A stretch of DNA of 57,350 nt from an uncultured Pseudomonadales bacterium (GTDB lineage: Bacteria > Patescibacteriota > Microgenomatia > UBA1400 > MFAQ01). The stretch is taken from positions 1-57,350 of the forward strand of contig CAYSAM010000004.1 in NCBI GenBank assembly GCA_964429015.1, in the 5' to 3' direction. Both the position numbers and the translations under genes were made by a program. The notes below the pieces were generated by a model. That model had not been told where the DNA came from. It searched no databases and was given only the letters and a program-made list of their open reading frames with translations. Positions 1-9,121 of the stretch are shown one piece after another (within the stretch, counting starts at the first letter, position 1; every line of letters begins with the position of its first letter).

Positions 1-768
1 GATGGCTACTCTACAGACAAAACTGTAGAGATTGCTAAAAAGTATAAAGCAAAAGTACTATTAAGAGAAAACAATCCTATTTTCCACGTTCAAAAGCAAA
101 TAGCCAACAATGAAGCAAAATCTGATTGGGTGCTTCAACTGGACACAGATGAAGTTGTAAGCAAAGAAATGAAAGCTGAAATTCAAAAACTTTTGGGGGG
201 TGAAAGCTTTGGAGTTAGCGGCTGGATATCACCAATTAAGCATAAAATTAACCAACTCCTAAAAATTTTCCCCGAGCCAAAACCCCTAGAAGAAGCAGCA
301 AGTGCTTATTGGTTACCTAGAAAAAATTATTTTTTAAACCGATTTTTAGCTCATACTGGCCAGTATCCAGATCCTGTTATTCGTTTGTTCCAAAAAGGTC
401 AAGCTTTTTTACCTGCAAAAAGTGTTCATGAACAAATGGTGGTCAAGGGAACTATTGGTTGGCTAAAAAGCGATCTAGAACACTACGGCACCCCCAACTT
501 TAGTCGCTACTTGCTGCGAGAAAACCGCTACTCTAGCCTTACAGCCATGGAGCTAAAAGAGTTAAGGCTAAAAATAAACTTTTTCAATACGATCAACTAT
601 TTGTTTATAAAACCCTTAATTACTTTTTTACGGCTTTATTTTCGTTTCCGAGGCATACTAGATGGTTTCCCTGGGTTTGTATTTTCGCTTTATTCCGGGT
701 TACATTTTGCCTTCGCCTATATGAAGCTATGGGAACTATATAAAAAGGAGGACCTCGCTATCAAGTAG
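1..768 (+). CDS. Glycosyltransferase family 2 (GT-A), N-terminus outside window
   Basis: Frame 1 is open from nt 1: DGYSTDKTVEIAKKYKAKVLL...SDWVLQLDTDEVV (GT2 DxD region). It runs into the listed 130..768 ORF. Later YPDPVIRLFQKG...SVHEQ and a hydrophobic tail, as in LPS-core-type GT2. Confidence 0.8.
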   Translation, partial: DGYSTDKTVEIAKKYKAKVLLRENNPIFHVQKQIANNEAKSDWVLQLDTDEVVSKEMKAEIQKLLGGESFGVSGWISPIKHKINQLLKIFPEPKPLEEAASAYWLPRKNYFLNRFLAHTGQYPDPVIRLFQKGQAFLPAKSVHEQMVVKGTIGWLKSDLEHYGTPNFSRYLLRENRYSSLTAMELKELRLKINFFNTINYLFIKPLITFLRLYFRFRGILDGFPGFVFSLYSGLHFAFAYMKLWELYKKEDLAIK

Positions 769-791
769 TCCAGGCGATATAATTTCAGTGC

Positions 792-1805
792 ATGAGTAAA
801 GATATTAGAGTTCAGCTTATATTTCATAACCAATCAAAGGGAAGAGGTATCGGTGTCTACGGAGAGAATCTCCAAAATGAGCTCAAAAAAATTAAAGGCG
901 TTAAACTTGTAGATAGTAGTCCCGATCTCATTCACTATACTTTTTACGATATTTTTTATCCCACTCTAAAAATAAACACCAAAATCCCTTGTGTGGTGAC
1001 TGTTCACGACGTGACACCCCTAGTTATGTCCGATCGCTATCCAAAAGGAATACTCACAACCATTGGCCTTATTCGTCAATGGTTTCAGCTAAAGAAATCT
1101 TCGGCCGTTATAACTGACTCTGTTTGTTCAAAAAAAGACATCTCCAAATATCTATGGATAGACGAGAGTAAAATTTTTGTTACCCCGCTTGCTGCAAACG
1201 GTCTTTATAAAAAAAGTGTTTCAGAAAGCGAAAAAAAGAAAATAGCGGCCAAATACAATTTGCCAGAAAAGTTTATTTTAACTGTGGCAGCTGGTCCAAA
1301 TCCTAATAAAAACTTACCAAATCTTGCTGAGGCTACCGAAAGACTGGGTATACCTTTGGTTATTGTGGGTGGAGGTATCAACCAAAAAATTGTTAAACCA
1401 GTAGAGCCGGAGTTAATTGATTTAGTAAGGTTAGAAGTTTACCCGCATTTGATAAGGTTAGATAACGTTCCAAACGAAGAATTGTTAATTCTCCTAAAAC
1501 TTGCTACTAGCTACGTTCAGGCGTCCTACTATGAGGGTTTTGGTATCCCTTTACTAGAAGCTATGACGGCGGGGTGCCCAATAGTTAGCTCAAAAACTTC
1601 TAGTTTGCCCGAAATATATCCAGAAGGAACAATTACCTTTAATCCCAAAAATATTTCGTCAATTGAAAAGGGTATCAAAAAAGCCATTAATATGAAAGGT
1701 AAGTTATTAGAAAAATATCTTGCCACAAATAAAAAACGTTCCGAAGATTTTTCTTGGGAAAAAACTGCCCAAGCGACCAAAGAGGTTTATTTATCTGTCT
1801 TATGA
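792..1805 (+). CDS. Glycosyltransferase, GT4-type (GT-B)
   Basis: 337 aa. C-terminal signature YEGFGIPLLEAMTAGCPIVSSKTSSLPEIY (E-x7-E). Stop overlaps the next start (ATGA at 1802). Confidence 0.85.
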   Translation: MSKDIRVQLIFHNQSKGRGIGVYGENLQNELKKIKGVKLVDSSPDLIHYTFYDIFYPTLKINTKIPCVVTVHDVTPLVMSDRYPKGILTTIGLIRQWFQLKKSSAVITDSVCSKKDISKYLWIDESKIFVTPLAANGLYKKSVSESEKKKIAAKYNLPEKFILTVAAGPNPNKNLPNLAEATERLGIPLVIVGGGINQKIVKPVEPELIDLVRLEVYPHLIRLDNVPNEELLILLKLATSYVQASYYEGFGIPLLEAMTAGCPIVSSKTSSLPEIYPEGTITFNPKNISSIEKGIKKAINMKGKLLEKYLATNKKRSEDFSWEKTAQATKEVYLSVL

Positions 1806-2866
1806 AAAATTACTTAGAAGTAATCAAAACTTTTTTGGGTTGGAGATTTATATTGTTTTTTCTGTCTTTGCCTGTAATTGGTTTGGCGGGCAATCTAACT
1901 CCATTTGCAAATTTTGATGGTCTTCGCTATATAAGTATTGCTCAGGAAGGATATGGTACCCCCAACACTTTTTATAGTTACTCACTTTTTCCCCTATACC
2001 CACTCTTGATAAAGTTTTTATCTCCTTTGTTTGGTTACTTGTACTCTGGTCTCTTTCTCTCCCACCTGTTTCTTTTACTAAGTTTAATTGCCTTTTATAG
2101 ACTTGCAAGACTAGATTATTCAAAATCAGTGGCTCAAAAAGCAATAATGTTGCTGCTTTGTTTTCCGGCTTCATTTTTTTTCGTATCTGTCTATTCAGAA
2201 TCACTCTTTCTTTTTTTGAGTTTAACCTCAGTCTATTTTTGTCGTCAAAAAAAATACTTATTTTCTGTTCTTGTTGCCGCTCTTGCCTCATACACAAGAG
2301 CAGCGGGGATGTTTCTCTGGCTAATTATTCTCGTGGAATACTTAGAAGAAAACAAAGGTCAGATAAAAGAAATATTCAAGCCAAAATTATTATTGCTTTT
2401 AATACCACCGTTGGGCTTTGTTTACTATCTAAATTATTTACAGATTTACACAAGTAGTATTCTTAAATTTCTACCCTCTATTCCAAATAAGTTCGTTTTT
2501 TTACATCAAGTTATATTGCGCTATCTAAAAATGATAATATTTATTGATCACACAAGTAGTTTATTTTGGGTAATTTTAACCGAGCTCATAATTGGTTTTT
2601 TTATGCTCTACCTGTTAGTTGTTTCTTATAACAAAATTAGATTCTCATACTGGCTCTACTTTTTTATATCTTATTTGATTCCTACACTTTGGGGGAGCTA
2701 CAGTGGCATTTCCCGATTTATCGTAGTTGTTTTTCCAATGTTTTATTTTTTAAGCTTCTGGCTAGAAACTAAACCACAAATTTATCAAAAGGCGTTTTAT
2801 CTTTTTTCGTTTTTGTTAATGATCTTAAATATGAGTCTATTTTTAAAAGGAGTTTTTGTTGGCTAA
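1802..2866 (+). CDS. Polytopic membrane glycosyltransferase, GT-C-like (PIG-V/mannosyltransferase-like)
   Basis: ATG at 1802 (ATGA overlap) preferred over the TTG-extended 1754 ORF. Many TM helices. FANFDGLRYISIAQEGY...LFPLYPLLIKF resembles the conserved first-loop motif of PIG-V-like bacterial mannosyltransferases. Confidence 0.6.
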   Translation: MKNYLEVIKTFLGWRFILFFLSLPVIGLAGNLTPFANFDGLRYISIAQEGYGTPNTFYSYSLFPLYPLLIKFLSPLFGYLYSGLFLSHLFLLLSLIAFYRLARLDYSKSVAQKAIMLLLCFPASFFFVSVYSESLFLFLSLTSVYFCRQKKYLFSVLVAALASYTRAAGMFLWLIILVEYLEENKGQIKEIFKPKLLLLLIPPLGFVYYLNYLQIYTSSILKFLPSIPNKFVFLHQVILRYLKMIIFIDHTSSLFWVILTELIIGFFMLYLLVVSYNKIRFSYWLYFFISYLIPTLWGSYSGISRFIVVVFPMFYFLSFWLETKPQIYQKAFYLFSFLLMILNMSLFLKGVFVG

Positions 2867-4143
2867 TGTTAAGTAGACTAAAAAAACTGGACACTCCTCT
2901 TTTTAGAGATTCAAGTATTTATTATCTTGGCAACTTCTTCTTAAATTTTTTTCGATACCTTTTTCACTTACTTTTATTAAGATTATTATCTCCAGAAGAT
3001 TACGGTGAATTTTTAACCTACCTCTCGTTAATGTATCTACTTGCCATTCCTTCTGGAACCATAACGGGAGTTGTTACAAAGGCTGTTTCTGAATTTGTAG
3101 GGAAAAAAGATGGTCAGTCTTTAAATCTATTTTTCTATCAGATTATCAAAAAAACTTTTTTGGCAACCTTACTACTCTCAATATGTCTTTTGGCATTTTC
3201 AGGTTACCTATCAGTTATTTTCAAAGCTCATCAGCTTGCCTTTATAGTTTTGGGTATAGGAGTAATCTTAACCTTGTTTCAGACTGTTTCAAGCTCCTAC
3301 CTTTCCGGTTTACAGCTTTTTGTTTTTCAGACAATTTTGGGATTTTTAGGAGTAATATTGACAATATCAATTAGTTTCTTGGCCATTAGAATGGGTTATG
3401 GTCCAGGCGGTGCTGTAATTGGCCAGACTTTAGCTGCTCTTATTACAACACTAATTGCATACCTAAAAATAAAAAAATATATTTACCCTCTTAAAAAGGG
3501 TAAAGTGAAGTTTTTGTTTAATTTAAAAAATTTTACTGGTTTTAGTTTTATAAATTCAGTAGGGGTAATGTCTCTTATATCAGTTGATATTCTCATGGTT
3601 AGAGTCCTCTTAAGTCTACAAGACTCTGGTATCTACTCCACTCTCTCAGTTATTAGTCGAACTGTTCTCTTTGGTCTAACCCCCATCTCTTCACTGTTAT
3701 TGCCTATTGCCGCAAAAAAAGCATCGGAAGGTAAAAATCATTTTTTAGTTTTTTTAAAACTAGGACTAGTGATGGTAATTCTCAGCAGTATAGCTATAGC
3801 GATATTTTCTTTTTTCCCAAAATTTATTATCCATCTCTTTTCTGGAGCAAGTCATCCAACCACTGTCTTCCTACTACCGATTTTTGCATTATGCATGGTT
3901 TTATTCGCCTTAAATCAGTTTTTGCTAACCTATTTAATGAGTATAAACAAACAGAAATCAAATTTATTTTTACTTATCATTGCCCTAGCTCAACCTGCTT
4001 TAATCTATTTGTTCAAATATAGTTTGCATTCAGTTGTCCTGTGTAATCTTTTTTTGCAAATAACACTACTAACAACATTGATGGTTGTATACTTAAAACC
4101 AATATCTTCTAGTGTAAAAAATAATAATGACCACGTTAGTTAA
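2866..4143 (+). CDS. Oligosaccharide/polysaccharide flippase (MOP/Wzx family)
   Basis: 425 aa, about 12 hydrophobic helices, no soluble domain. Topology and context are typical of Wzx. TAATG overlap with the upstream gene. Confidence 0.7.
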   Translation: MLSRLKKLDTPLFRDSSIYYLGNFFLNFFRYLFHLLLLRLLSPEDYGEFLTYLSLMYLLAIPSGTITGVVTKAVSEFVGKKDGQSLNLFFYQIIKKTFLATLLLSICLLAFSGYLSVIFKAHQLAFIVLGIGVILTLFQTVSSSYLSGLQLFVFQTILGFLGVILTISISFLAIRMGYGPGGAVIGQTLAALITTLIAYLKIKKYIYPLKKGKVKFLFNLKNFTGFSFINSVGVMSLISVDILMVRVLLSLQDSGIYSTLSVISRTVLFGLTPISSLLLPIAAKKASEGKNHFLVFLKLGLVMVILSSIAIAIFSFFPKFIIHLFSGASHPTTVFLLPIFALCMVLFALNQFLLTYLMSINKQKSNLFLLIIALAQPALIYLFKYSLHSVVLCNLFLQITLLTTLMVVYLKPISSSVKNNNDHVS

Positions 4144-4942
4144 AAACAGACTCATCCGCCACAACCCCAAAATGCTATCAGTAATAGTTCCTGCATATAA
4201 TTGCAAAACTATTCACAATGATCTCATTAATATACAAAAATATTTAAAGACCATAAGAAACCATTATGAGATAATTTGCGTTGTTGACGGTCAAAAGTCT
4301 AAAAAAGATAAAACAAAAAAGCGCGCCTTGAAAGCGAAAAATGATCATATAAAAATTTATTCATATCATAAAAATAGAGGTAAGGGCTACGCTATTAGGT
4401 TGGGAATGAGTTATGCAAAAGGTGGGCTGATTGCCTTTATAGATTCAGGTGGAGATGTAAATCCCTCTGGTTTGGGGTTAGCTATAGAGCATATGAAATG
4501 GTACAAAGCTGATGTTATTGTTGGAAGCAAGCGCCATAAAGCAAGCAAAGTTACTTATCCCTGGCAGAGAAAAATTCTTTCCTTTTTTGTTCAAAAAGCA
4601 ACCAAGTTGTTTTTTGGGTTAAATATTTCCGATACACAAACAGGACTAAAATTATTCAGAAGGGAGGTTTTGGTAAAAATAATGCCACGTCTTTTGGTAA
4701 AAAGATGGGCTTTTGACCTAGAAATGTTAGCAGTAGCAAACCACTTGGGTTTTACAAGAATATACGAATCTCCGGTTGAGATTAACTTAAAATTTGGTAG
4801 CAATGTCGGTATTTCTGCTGTCCAAAATTTTATTACAGACTACTTGGCTATAATTTATCGAATCTATATTCTAAAATATTATGACGATAATTATAAGGAT
4901 CGTTGGGCAGGGGATAAGCGCCTTCATTTAAGATACAAATGA
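4127..4942 (+). CDS. GT2 glycosyltransferase, polyprenyl-phosphate hexosyltransferase-like (DPM1/ALG5/GtrB-like)
   Basis: LSVIVPAYNC...CVVDGQ...AFIDSGGD...RWAFDLEMLAVA pattern. An alternative ATG at 4172 would remove the 17-nt overlap. Confidence 0.75.
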   Translation: MTTLVKNRLIRHNPKMLSVIVPAYNCKTIHNDLINIQKYLKTIRNHYEIICVVDGQKSKKDKTKKRALKAKNDHIKIYSYHKNRGKGYAIRLGMSYAKGGLIAFIDSGGDVNPSGLGLAIEHMKWYKADVIVGSKRHKASKVTYPWQRKILSFFVQKATKLFFGLNISDTQTGLKLFRREVLVKIMPRLLVKRWAFDLEMLAVANHLGFTRIYESPVEINLKFGSNVGISAVQNFITDYLAIIYRIYILKYYDDNYKDRWAGDKRLHLRYK

Positions 4943-5952
4943 TAAAACCACTTGTCTCAGTTATTATTGTCGACTACAAAAAAAGCAACCCTTATTTAAA
5001 GGAGGGACTAGATGCTATAGCCAAGCAAACTTATAAAAACTACGAAATAATTCTAATAACAGATTATCCCGTTGGTCTAGTCTCACCAAAACTGCGCAAA
5101 AAATCATATGGTAAATACGTAGGTCCTGCCAAAAAAAGAGATGATGGTGCAAAGATGGCAAGGGGTAGCATTTTAGCCTTTTTAGATGATGATGCCTTTC
5201 CTGATATAAACTGGCTAAAAGAAATGGTTAAAGAGTACAAAGACAAGGAAATCGTTGCCGTTGGTGGGCCAGGTGTAACACCACCGGGAGTGAGTTGGCA
5301 AGAAGATGCCTCGGGTTGGGCGTCAGCTTCTCCACTTGGTTCGGGAACATTCTCATATCGATTTTTACCTGGTAAAAGACAGCTTGTAGATGATTATCCA
5401 TCCATGAATCTATCTGTTCGGCGCAAAGAATTTTTATCAATAGGGGGTTTTGATTCTAATTACTGGCCTGGGGAAGACACTAAGCTGTGCCTAGATCTTA
5501 TCTCTAAGCTAAATAAAAAAATTATCTATAACCCAAAAATGTTAGTCTATCATCATCGGCGACCTGTTTTTAGAAAACACTTAATTCAGAATGGCAATTT
5601 TGGGCTACATCGTGGGTTTTTTGCGAGAATTCTACCCAAAACATCACTTAAGCCTATTTATTTCCTTCCGTCCTTATTATTACTAGGTGTCAGTTATTTA
5701 ATTGCTGGATATATTCTGTCTATTATTGGTAGACAGGAATACGTAAATCTACCTTTTTATCTTCCAATTCTATATTTAACCTACCTTTACCTTTTTCTCT
5801 TGTTTGCAAACTCAATTTGGATCAGTAAATATACAAAAGGTAAAAAAACGTTTCAGGCCCTTTTTTCTATTATTGTTATTTTTGTTACCCATCTTTGGTA
5901 TGGATTAAAATTTTTACAAGGATTACTATTTACTGATAAACTAACAAGATAG
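4939..5952 (+). CDS. GT2 glycosyltransferase with C-terminal membrane anchor
   Basis: VSVIIVDYK...AFLDDDAFP...GEDTKLCLD motifs, followed by several C-terminal TM helices. ATGA overlap with the upstream gene. Confidence 0.8.
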   Translation: MIKPLVSVIIVDYKKSNPYLKEGLDAIAKQTYKNYEIILITDYPVGLVSPKLRKKSYGKYVGPAKKRDDGAKMARGSILAFLDDDAFPDINWLKEMVKEYKDKEIVAVGGPGVTPPGVSWQEDASGWASASPLGSGTFSYRFLPGKRQLVDDYPSMNLSVRRKEFLSIGGFDSNYWPGEDTKLCLDLISKLNKKIIYNPKMLVYHHRRPVFRKHLIQNGNFGLHRGFFARILPKTSLKPIYFLPSLLLLGVSYLIAGYILSIIGRQEYVNLPFYLPILYLTYLYLFLLFANSIWISKYTKGKKTFQALFSIIVIFVTHLWYGLKFLQGLLFTDKLTR

Positions 5953-5967
5953 TTCTTGTATCCGGGC

Positions 5968-5997
5968 TTGATCGGGGATCTATAAAAAGGTTAGAAT
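5968..5997 (+). promoter_or_regulatory. Candidate sigma70-type promoter of the ferredoxin/radical SAM unit (TTGATC-N18-TAGAAT)
   Basis: TTGATC at 5968-5973 and TAGAAT at 5992-5997. Only 6 nt separate the -10 box from the ATG at 6004, so the mRNA would be leaderless. Confidence 0.45.
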
Positions 5998-6003
5998 AAC
6001 TAA

Positions 6004-6270
6004 ATGCAAAAAATAATAACAGATGAAAATCAATCGGTGGGGGTAAGGGAAGATGGTTATACGGTCACGGTTGATCTCAATAAATGCATTGCCGCCGGCC
6101 CCTGTGCTATAGCTGCTCCAGGTGTTTTTGAAATACGCCCCGAAGATGGAAAGGCAATAATAAGCAATCCTGATGGTGAAGACCTCGATAAAGTACTGGA
6201 GGCCGCACGTTGTTGCCCAATTTTAGCTATTAGTATTAAAAATCAAGCAGGTAAACAAACCTTCCCCTAA
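6004..6270 (+). CDS. Single-cluster ferredoxin (3Fe-4S/4Fe-4S type)
   Basis: 88 aa. CIAAGPC ... CCP cysteine pattern and the VDLNKCIAAGPCAIAAPGVFEI motif are typical of small redox-partner ferredoxins. Confidence 0.8.
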   Translation: MQKIITDENQSVGVREDGYTVTVDLNKCIAAGPCAIAAPGVFEIRPEDGKAIISNPDGEDLDKVLEAARCCPILAISIKNQAGKQTFP

Positions 6271-6276
6271 GTCTTT

Positions 6277-6315
6277 GTCATTGCGAGGCACGACTTTAGG
6301 TCGGCCGTGGCAATC
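6277..6315. repeat. Truncated (left-half) copy of the palindromic CGTCAyyGCGA...GCAATC element family
   Basis: GTCATTGCGAGG, then hairpin CACGAC-TTTAG-GTCGgccGTG, then GCAATC. Same order of modules as the left arm of the 56750-56858 element. Confidence 0.5.
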
Positions 6316-6335
6316 AATAAAAATATATTCATATA

Positions 6336-7892
6336 ATGTTAAAAAAAACTAAAACAAAAAATAACAAACCTTTACGTTTAGTTGTTGGCTATCCACCAAC
6401 ACCGTCCGATAAAGGGGTAATGCTTTTATCGCAAAACCGACAATTTCAGTATTTTAATGCCAAAACCTACATCTACCCAATGGTACCTGCATATGCCGCC
6501 TCAAATGCCCAAGCAAATGGCTACAAAGTAAAATGGATGGATGGTATAGCAGATGAACAAAGTTTTGATGATTGGTTAAAAGAGTTAAAAAAATTTAAGC
6601 CAGATGTTTTAATGGTGGAAACCAAGTCACCTATAGTCAAAAAACACTGGAAGGTAATTGCCAAAATTAAAAAGGAGATGCCTAAACTTTTAACTGTTTG
6701 GGTGGGGGACCATGTTACGTTTGCTCCAGTAGAAATGTTCGAAAATTCACAAGTAGATTATTTGATTACAGGGGGTGACTATGATTTTGTAATTGTTAAT
6801 CTTTTAAATCACCTTAGTAAGGGCGAGAAGTTGGAAGGGGGAGTTTGGTGGAGAGCTACAGATAAAAGAATAAAGGATAAACCTGCAGAAATTTTGGTTG
6901 CCAAGAGAAAACTTAAACTCTGCAACTCCGGTAAGCCAAGCATCGCCCACAATCTAAATGACCTCCCATTTGTAGATCGAGATTTAACTAAATGGGAACT
7001 TTACTCTGTTTATAATGGAAATTATAAATATACTCCGGCTACTTATATGTATTCAGGAAGAGACTGTTGGTGGAACAGATGTACTTTTTGCGTCTGGGAT
7101 CACACTATAAACCCTATTGGCTCTTATCGCCGCTTCTCACCCCAGCGTCTTTTCGACGAGGTAAAGCATGTGGTGGACAAATACCATGTTAAAGAAATTT
7201 TTGACGACGCGGGGACATTTATGATCGGCAAGCCCCTGGCAGATTTTTGTAACTTACTTATAGACTCAGGCTACAACAAAAAAGTGGTTTTTGGATGTAA
7301 TATGCGTCTTAATGCGCTAAAGCAAGAACATTACGACCTTATGGGAAAAGCAAACTTTAGGTTTATCCTTTATGGTATGGAATCTGCCAATCAAAAAACA
7401 CTGGACAAACTAGATAAGGGTGTTAAGGTGGAGCAGATAGAAGAGGGAGTCAGAATGGCCAAAAAAGGAGGGCTAGATCCTCACTTAACAATTATGATGG
7501 GCTATCCTTGGGAAACTTATGAGGATGCCAAAAATACTGTAAATCTTGCCAAAGACTGTTTTAAAAAAGGCTATGTAGATACTCTTCAAGCAACCGTTGT
7601 CATTCCATATCCTGGAACTCCGCTTTGGAAAGAATGCAAAGAAAAGGGCTGGCTATTAAGCGAAGATTACGATGACTATGATATGCGCAAGCCTGTTATG
7701 AAGTCATCTTTAACAGAACAGCAAGTGTTAGAGCTAACTCAAGACTTATACAAGTCATTCTTAGGACCAAAATTTATTCTACGCAAGATTACCGAAATTA
7801 GAAGTTTGGATGATATAAAGTTTTTATTCATGGCGGGTTGGAGATTTTTGGGACACATGATGGACTTTTCACCAAAACAACTAAAGCGTTAA
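6336..7892 (+). CDS. B12-binding-domain radical SAM enzyme (class B-like)
   Basis: 518 aa. N-terminal Rossmann-like B12-binding-type segment (KPDVLMVETKSP...VWVGDHVT...LITGGDYD). Cys triad C-WWNR-C-TF-C read from codons at 7065, 7080 and 7089. GMESANQ and a downstream barrel-like core. Confidence 0.85.
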   Translation: MLKKTKTKNNKPLRLVVGYPPTPSDKGVMLLSQNRQFQYFNAKTYIYPMVPAYAASNAQANGYKVKWMDGIADEQSFDDWLKELKKFKPDVLMVETKSPIVKKHWKVIAKIKKEMPKLLTVWVGDHVTFAPVEMFENSQVDYLITGGDYDFVIVNLLNHLSKGEKLEGGVWWRATDKRIKDKPAEILVAKRKLKLCNSGKPSIAHNLNDLPFVDRDLTKWELYSVYNGNYKYTPATYMYSGRDCWWNRCTFCVWDHTINPIGSYRRFSPQRLFDEVKHVVDKYHVKEIFDDAGTFMIGKPLADFCNLLIDSGYNKKVVFGCNMRLNALKQEHYDLMGKANFRFILYGMESANQKTLDKLDKGVKVEQIEEGVRMAKKGGLDPHLTIMMGYPWETYEDAKNTVNLAKDCFKKGYVDTLQATVVIPYPGTPLWKECKEKGWLLSEDYDDYDMRKPVMKSSLTEQQVLELTQDLYKSFLGPKFILRKITEIRSLDDIKFLFMAGWRFLGHMMDFSPKQLKR

Positions 7893-7939
7893 AATATTGC
7901 TTCGCTTTTGTTAATTAAAGAGTATAGAATAGGTGTAAA

Positions 7940-9121
7940 ATGGTAAAAGTTGTTATAGTTTCAGGATTGCTGCCTTCAGGTCATTACACCGAAAACTTAG
8001 CGGGTGGGCTAAATAAAATAAAAAAATTAAAGCTCTTAATTTATACCGATTTAAGAAAAGAGAATCTCCAGGTAAAAAAATGTGGCAAAGTAATACCTGT
8101 TTGGTCAAAGTCTCCAAAGTTTATTTTTCAGATTTTGGGCAGACTCCTAAAAGACAAGCCAGACGTGGTTCATTTTCAGCACGAAATAAATATGTTTGGT
8201 GGGTTAGCAACGGCAGTTATCTTCCCTTTTTTGTTGATTTCAGCTAGATTTCTAAAAATAAAGATTGCTACTACAGTTCACGCCACAGTAAAATCCGACC
8301 AAATAGACTCTGAGTTTGTAGAAACTTTTAACCAAAACCCAAAAATAATTAAACCTATTTTTCTAAAGCTTTTTTTCCGTTTTCTCTATAAATCAATTTG
8401 CCAATTTTCTGACCTATGTTTTGTTCATACTAACACCGCAAAGAGCGTTTTGCTCAGTTACTACCCACATGGACAAAAAAAAATAAAAGTTATTGCCACC
8501 GCAATACCTTTGGTTGACAGTAAAAAATATAAAAAGGAAAAATACTTTTTATACTTTGGTTATATTGCTAGAAGAAAGGGACTAGAAAATCTTATTCAAG
8601 GGTTTAAAGAGTTCTGTAAAAAAAATCCAAAAAGTAAATTTAAACTGCTTCTAGCAGGTGGAGTCATCAAGGGTCAGGAAGAGTCACTGCAAGAGTTGCA
8701 AAAAACCATCAGTACGGCAAAGCTAAAAAACAAGATAAAGTATCTTGGTTTTTTAGAGAAAAATATTCAAAACAAGCTTTATAAACAGGCCTACGGTGTA
8801 GTTATTCCAGCAAAACTCTCCATAAGTGCAAGTGGACCACTTTACCATGCCTTTAGTCATGGTAAGTTTGTTCTGGCCTCAAACGTTGGGCACCTTAAAG
8901 ACGAAATAAAAAGTGGCTATAATGGCTACCTTATACCAAATACAGACTGGTCACGAGGATTTTCCAAGGCAATAAAGAATCCTATTTGGGTAAAAAAAAT
9001 TGAAAGTGGATCGCTGTTTACTGCATATCAAAGAACACCACTTAAAACAGCAAGGAAATACTTTAAGTCTTATAGCTTACTTTTACAAAGAATGTATAAT
9101 AAAAAAAATGAGATCGCTTAA
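7940..9121 (+). CDS. Glycosyltransferase, GT4-like (GT-B)
   Basis: 393 aa. FGYIARRKGLENLIQGF...LLLAGG...ISASGPLYHAFSHGKFVLASNVGHL matches the GT-B C-terminal domain layout. The E-x7-E motif is degenerate. Confidence 0.65.
   Translation: MVKVVIVSGLLPSGHYTENLAGGLNKIKKLKLLIYTDLRKENLQVKKCGKVIPVWSKSPKFIFQILGRLLKDKPDVVHFQHEINMFGGLATAVIFPFLLISARFLKIKIATTVHATVKSDQIDSEFVETFNQNPKIIKPIFLKLFFRFLYKSICQFSDLCFVHTNTAKSVLLSYYPHGQKKIKVIATAIPLVDSKKYKKEKYFLYFGYIARRKGLENLIQGFKEFCKKNPKSKFKLLLAGGVIKGQEESLQELQKTISTAKLKNKIKYLGFLEKNIQNKLYKQAYGVVIPAKLSISASGPLYHAFSHGKFVLASNVGHLKDEIKSGYNGYLIPNTDWSRGFSKAIKNPIWVKKIESGSLFTAYQRTPLKTARKYFKSYSLLLQRMYNKKNEIA

Noticed and set aside
1529-2457. Nested or antisense ORFs in the track (1529-1780 minus, 1720-1917 plus, 1848-2297 minus, 2158-2457 plus).
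   Set aside because: They lie entirely inside, or antisense to, genes with clear family motifs. Their translations are low-complexity (K/F/L-rich) with no motifs. The same applies to the other short ORFs of 60-150 aa nested in larger genes throughout the window.
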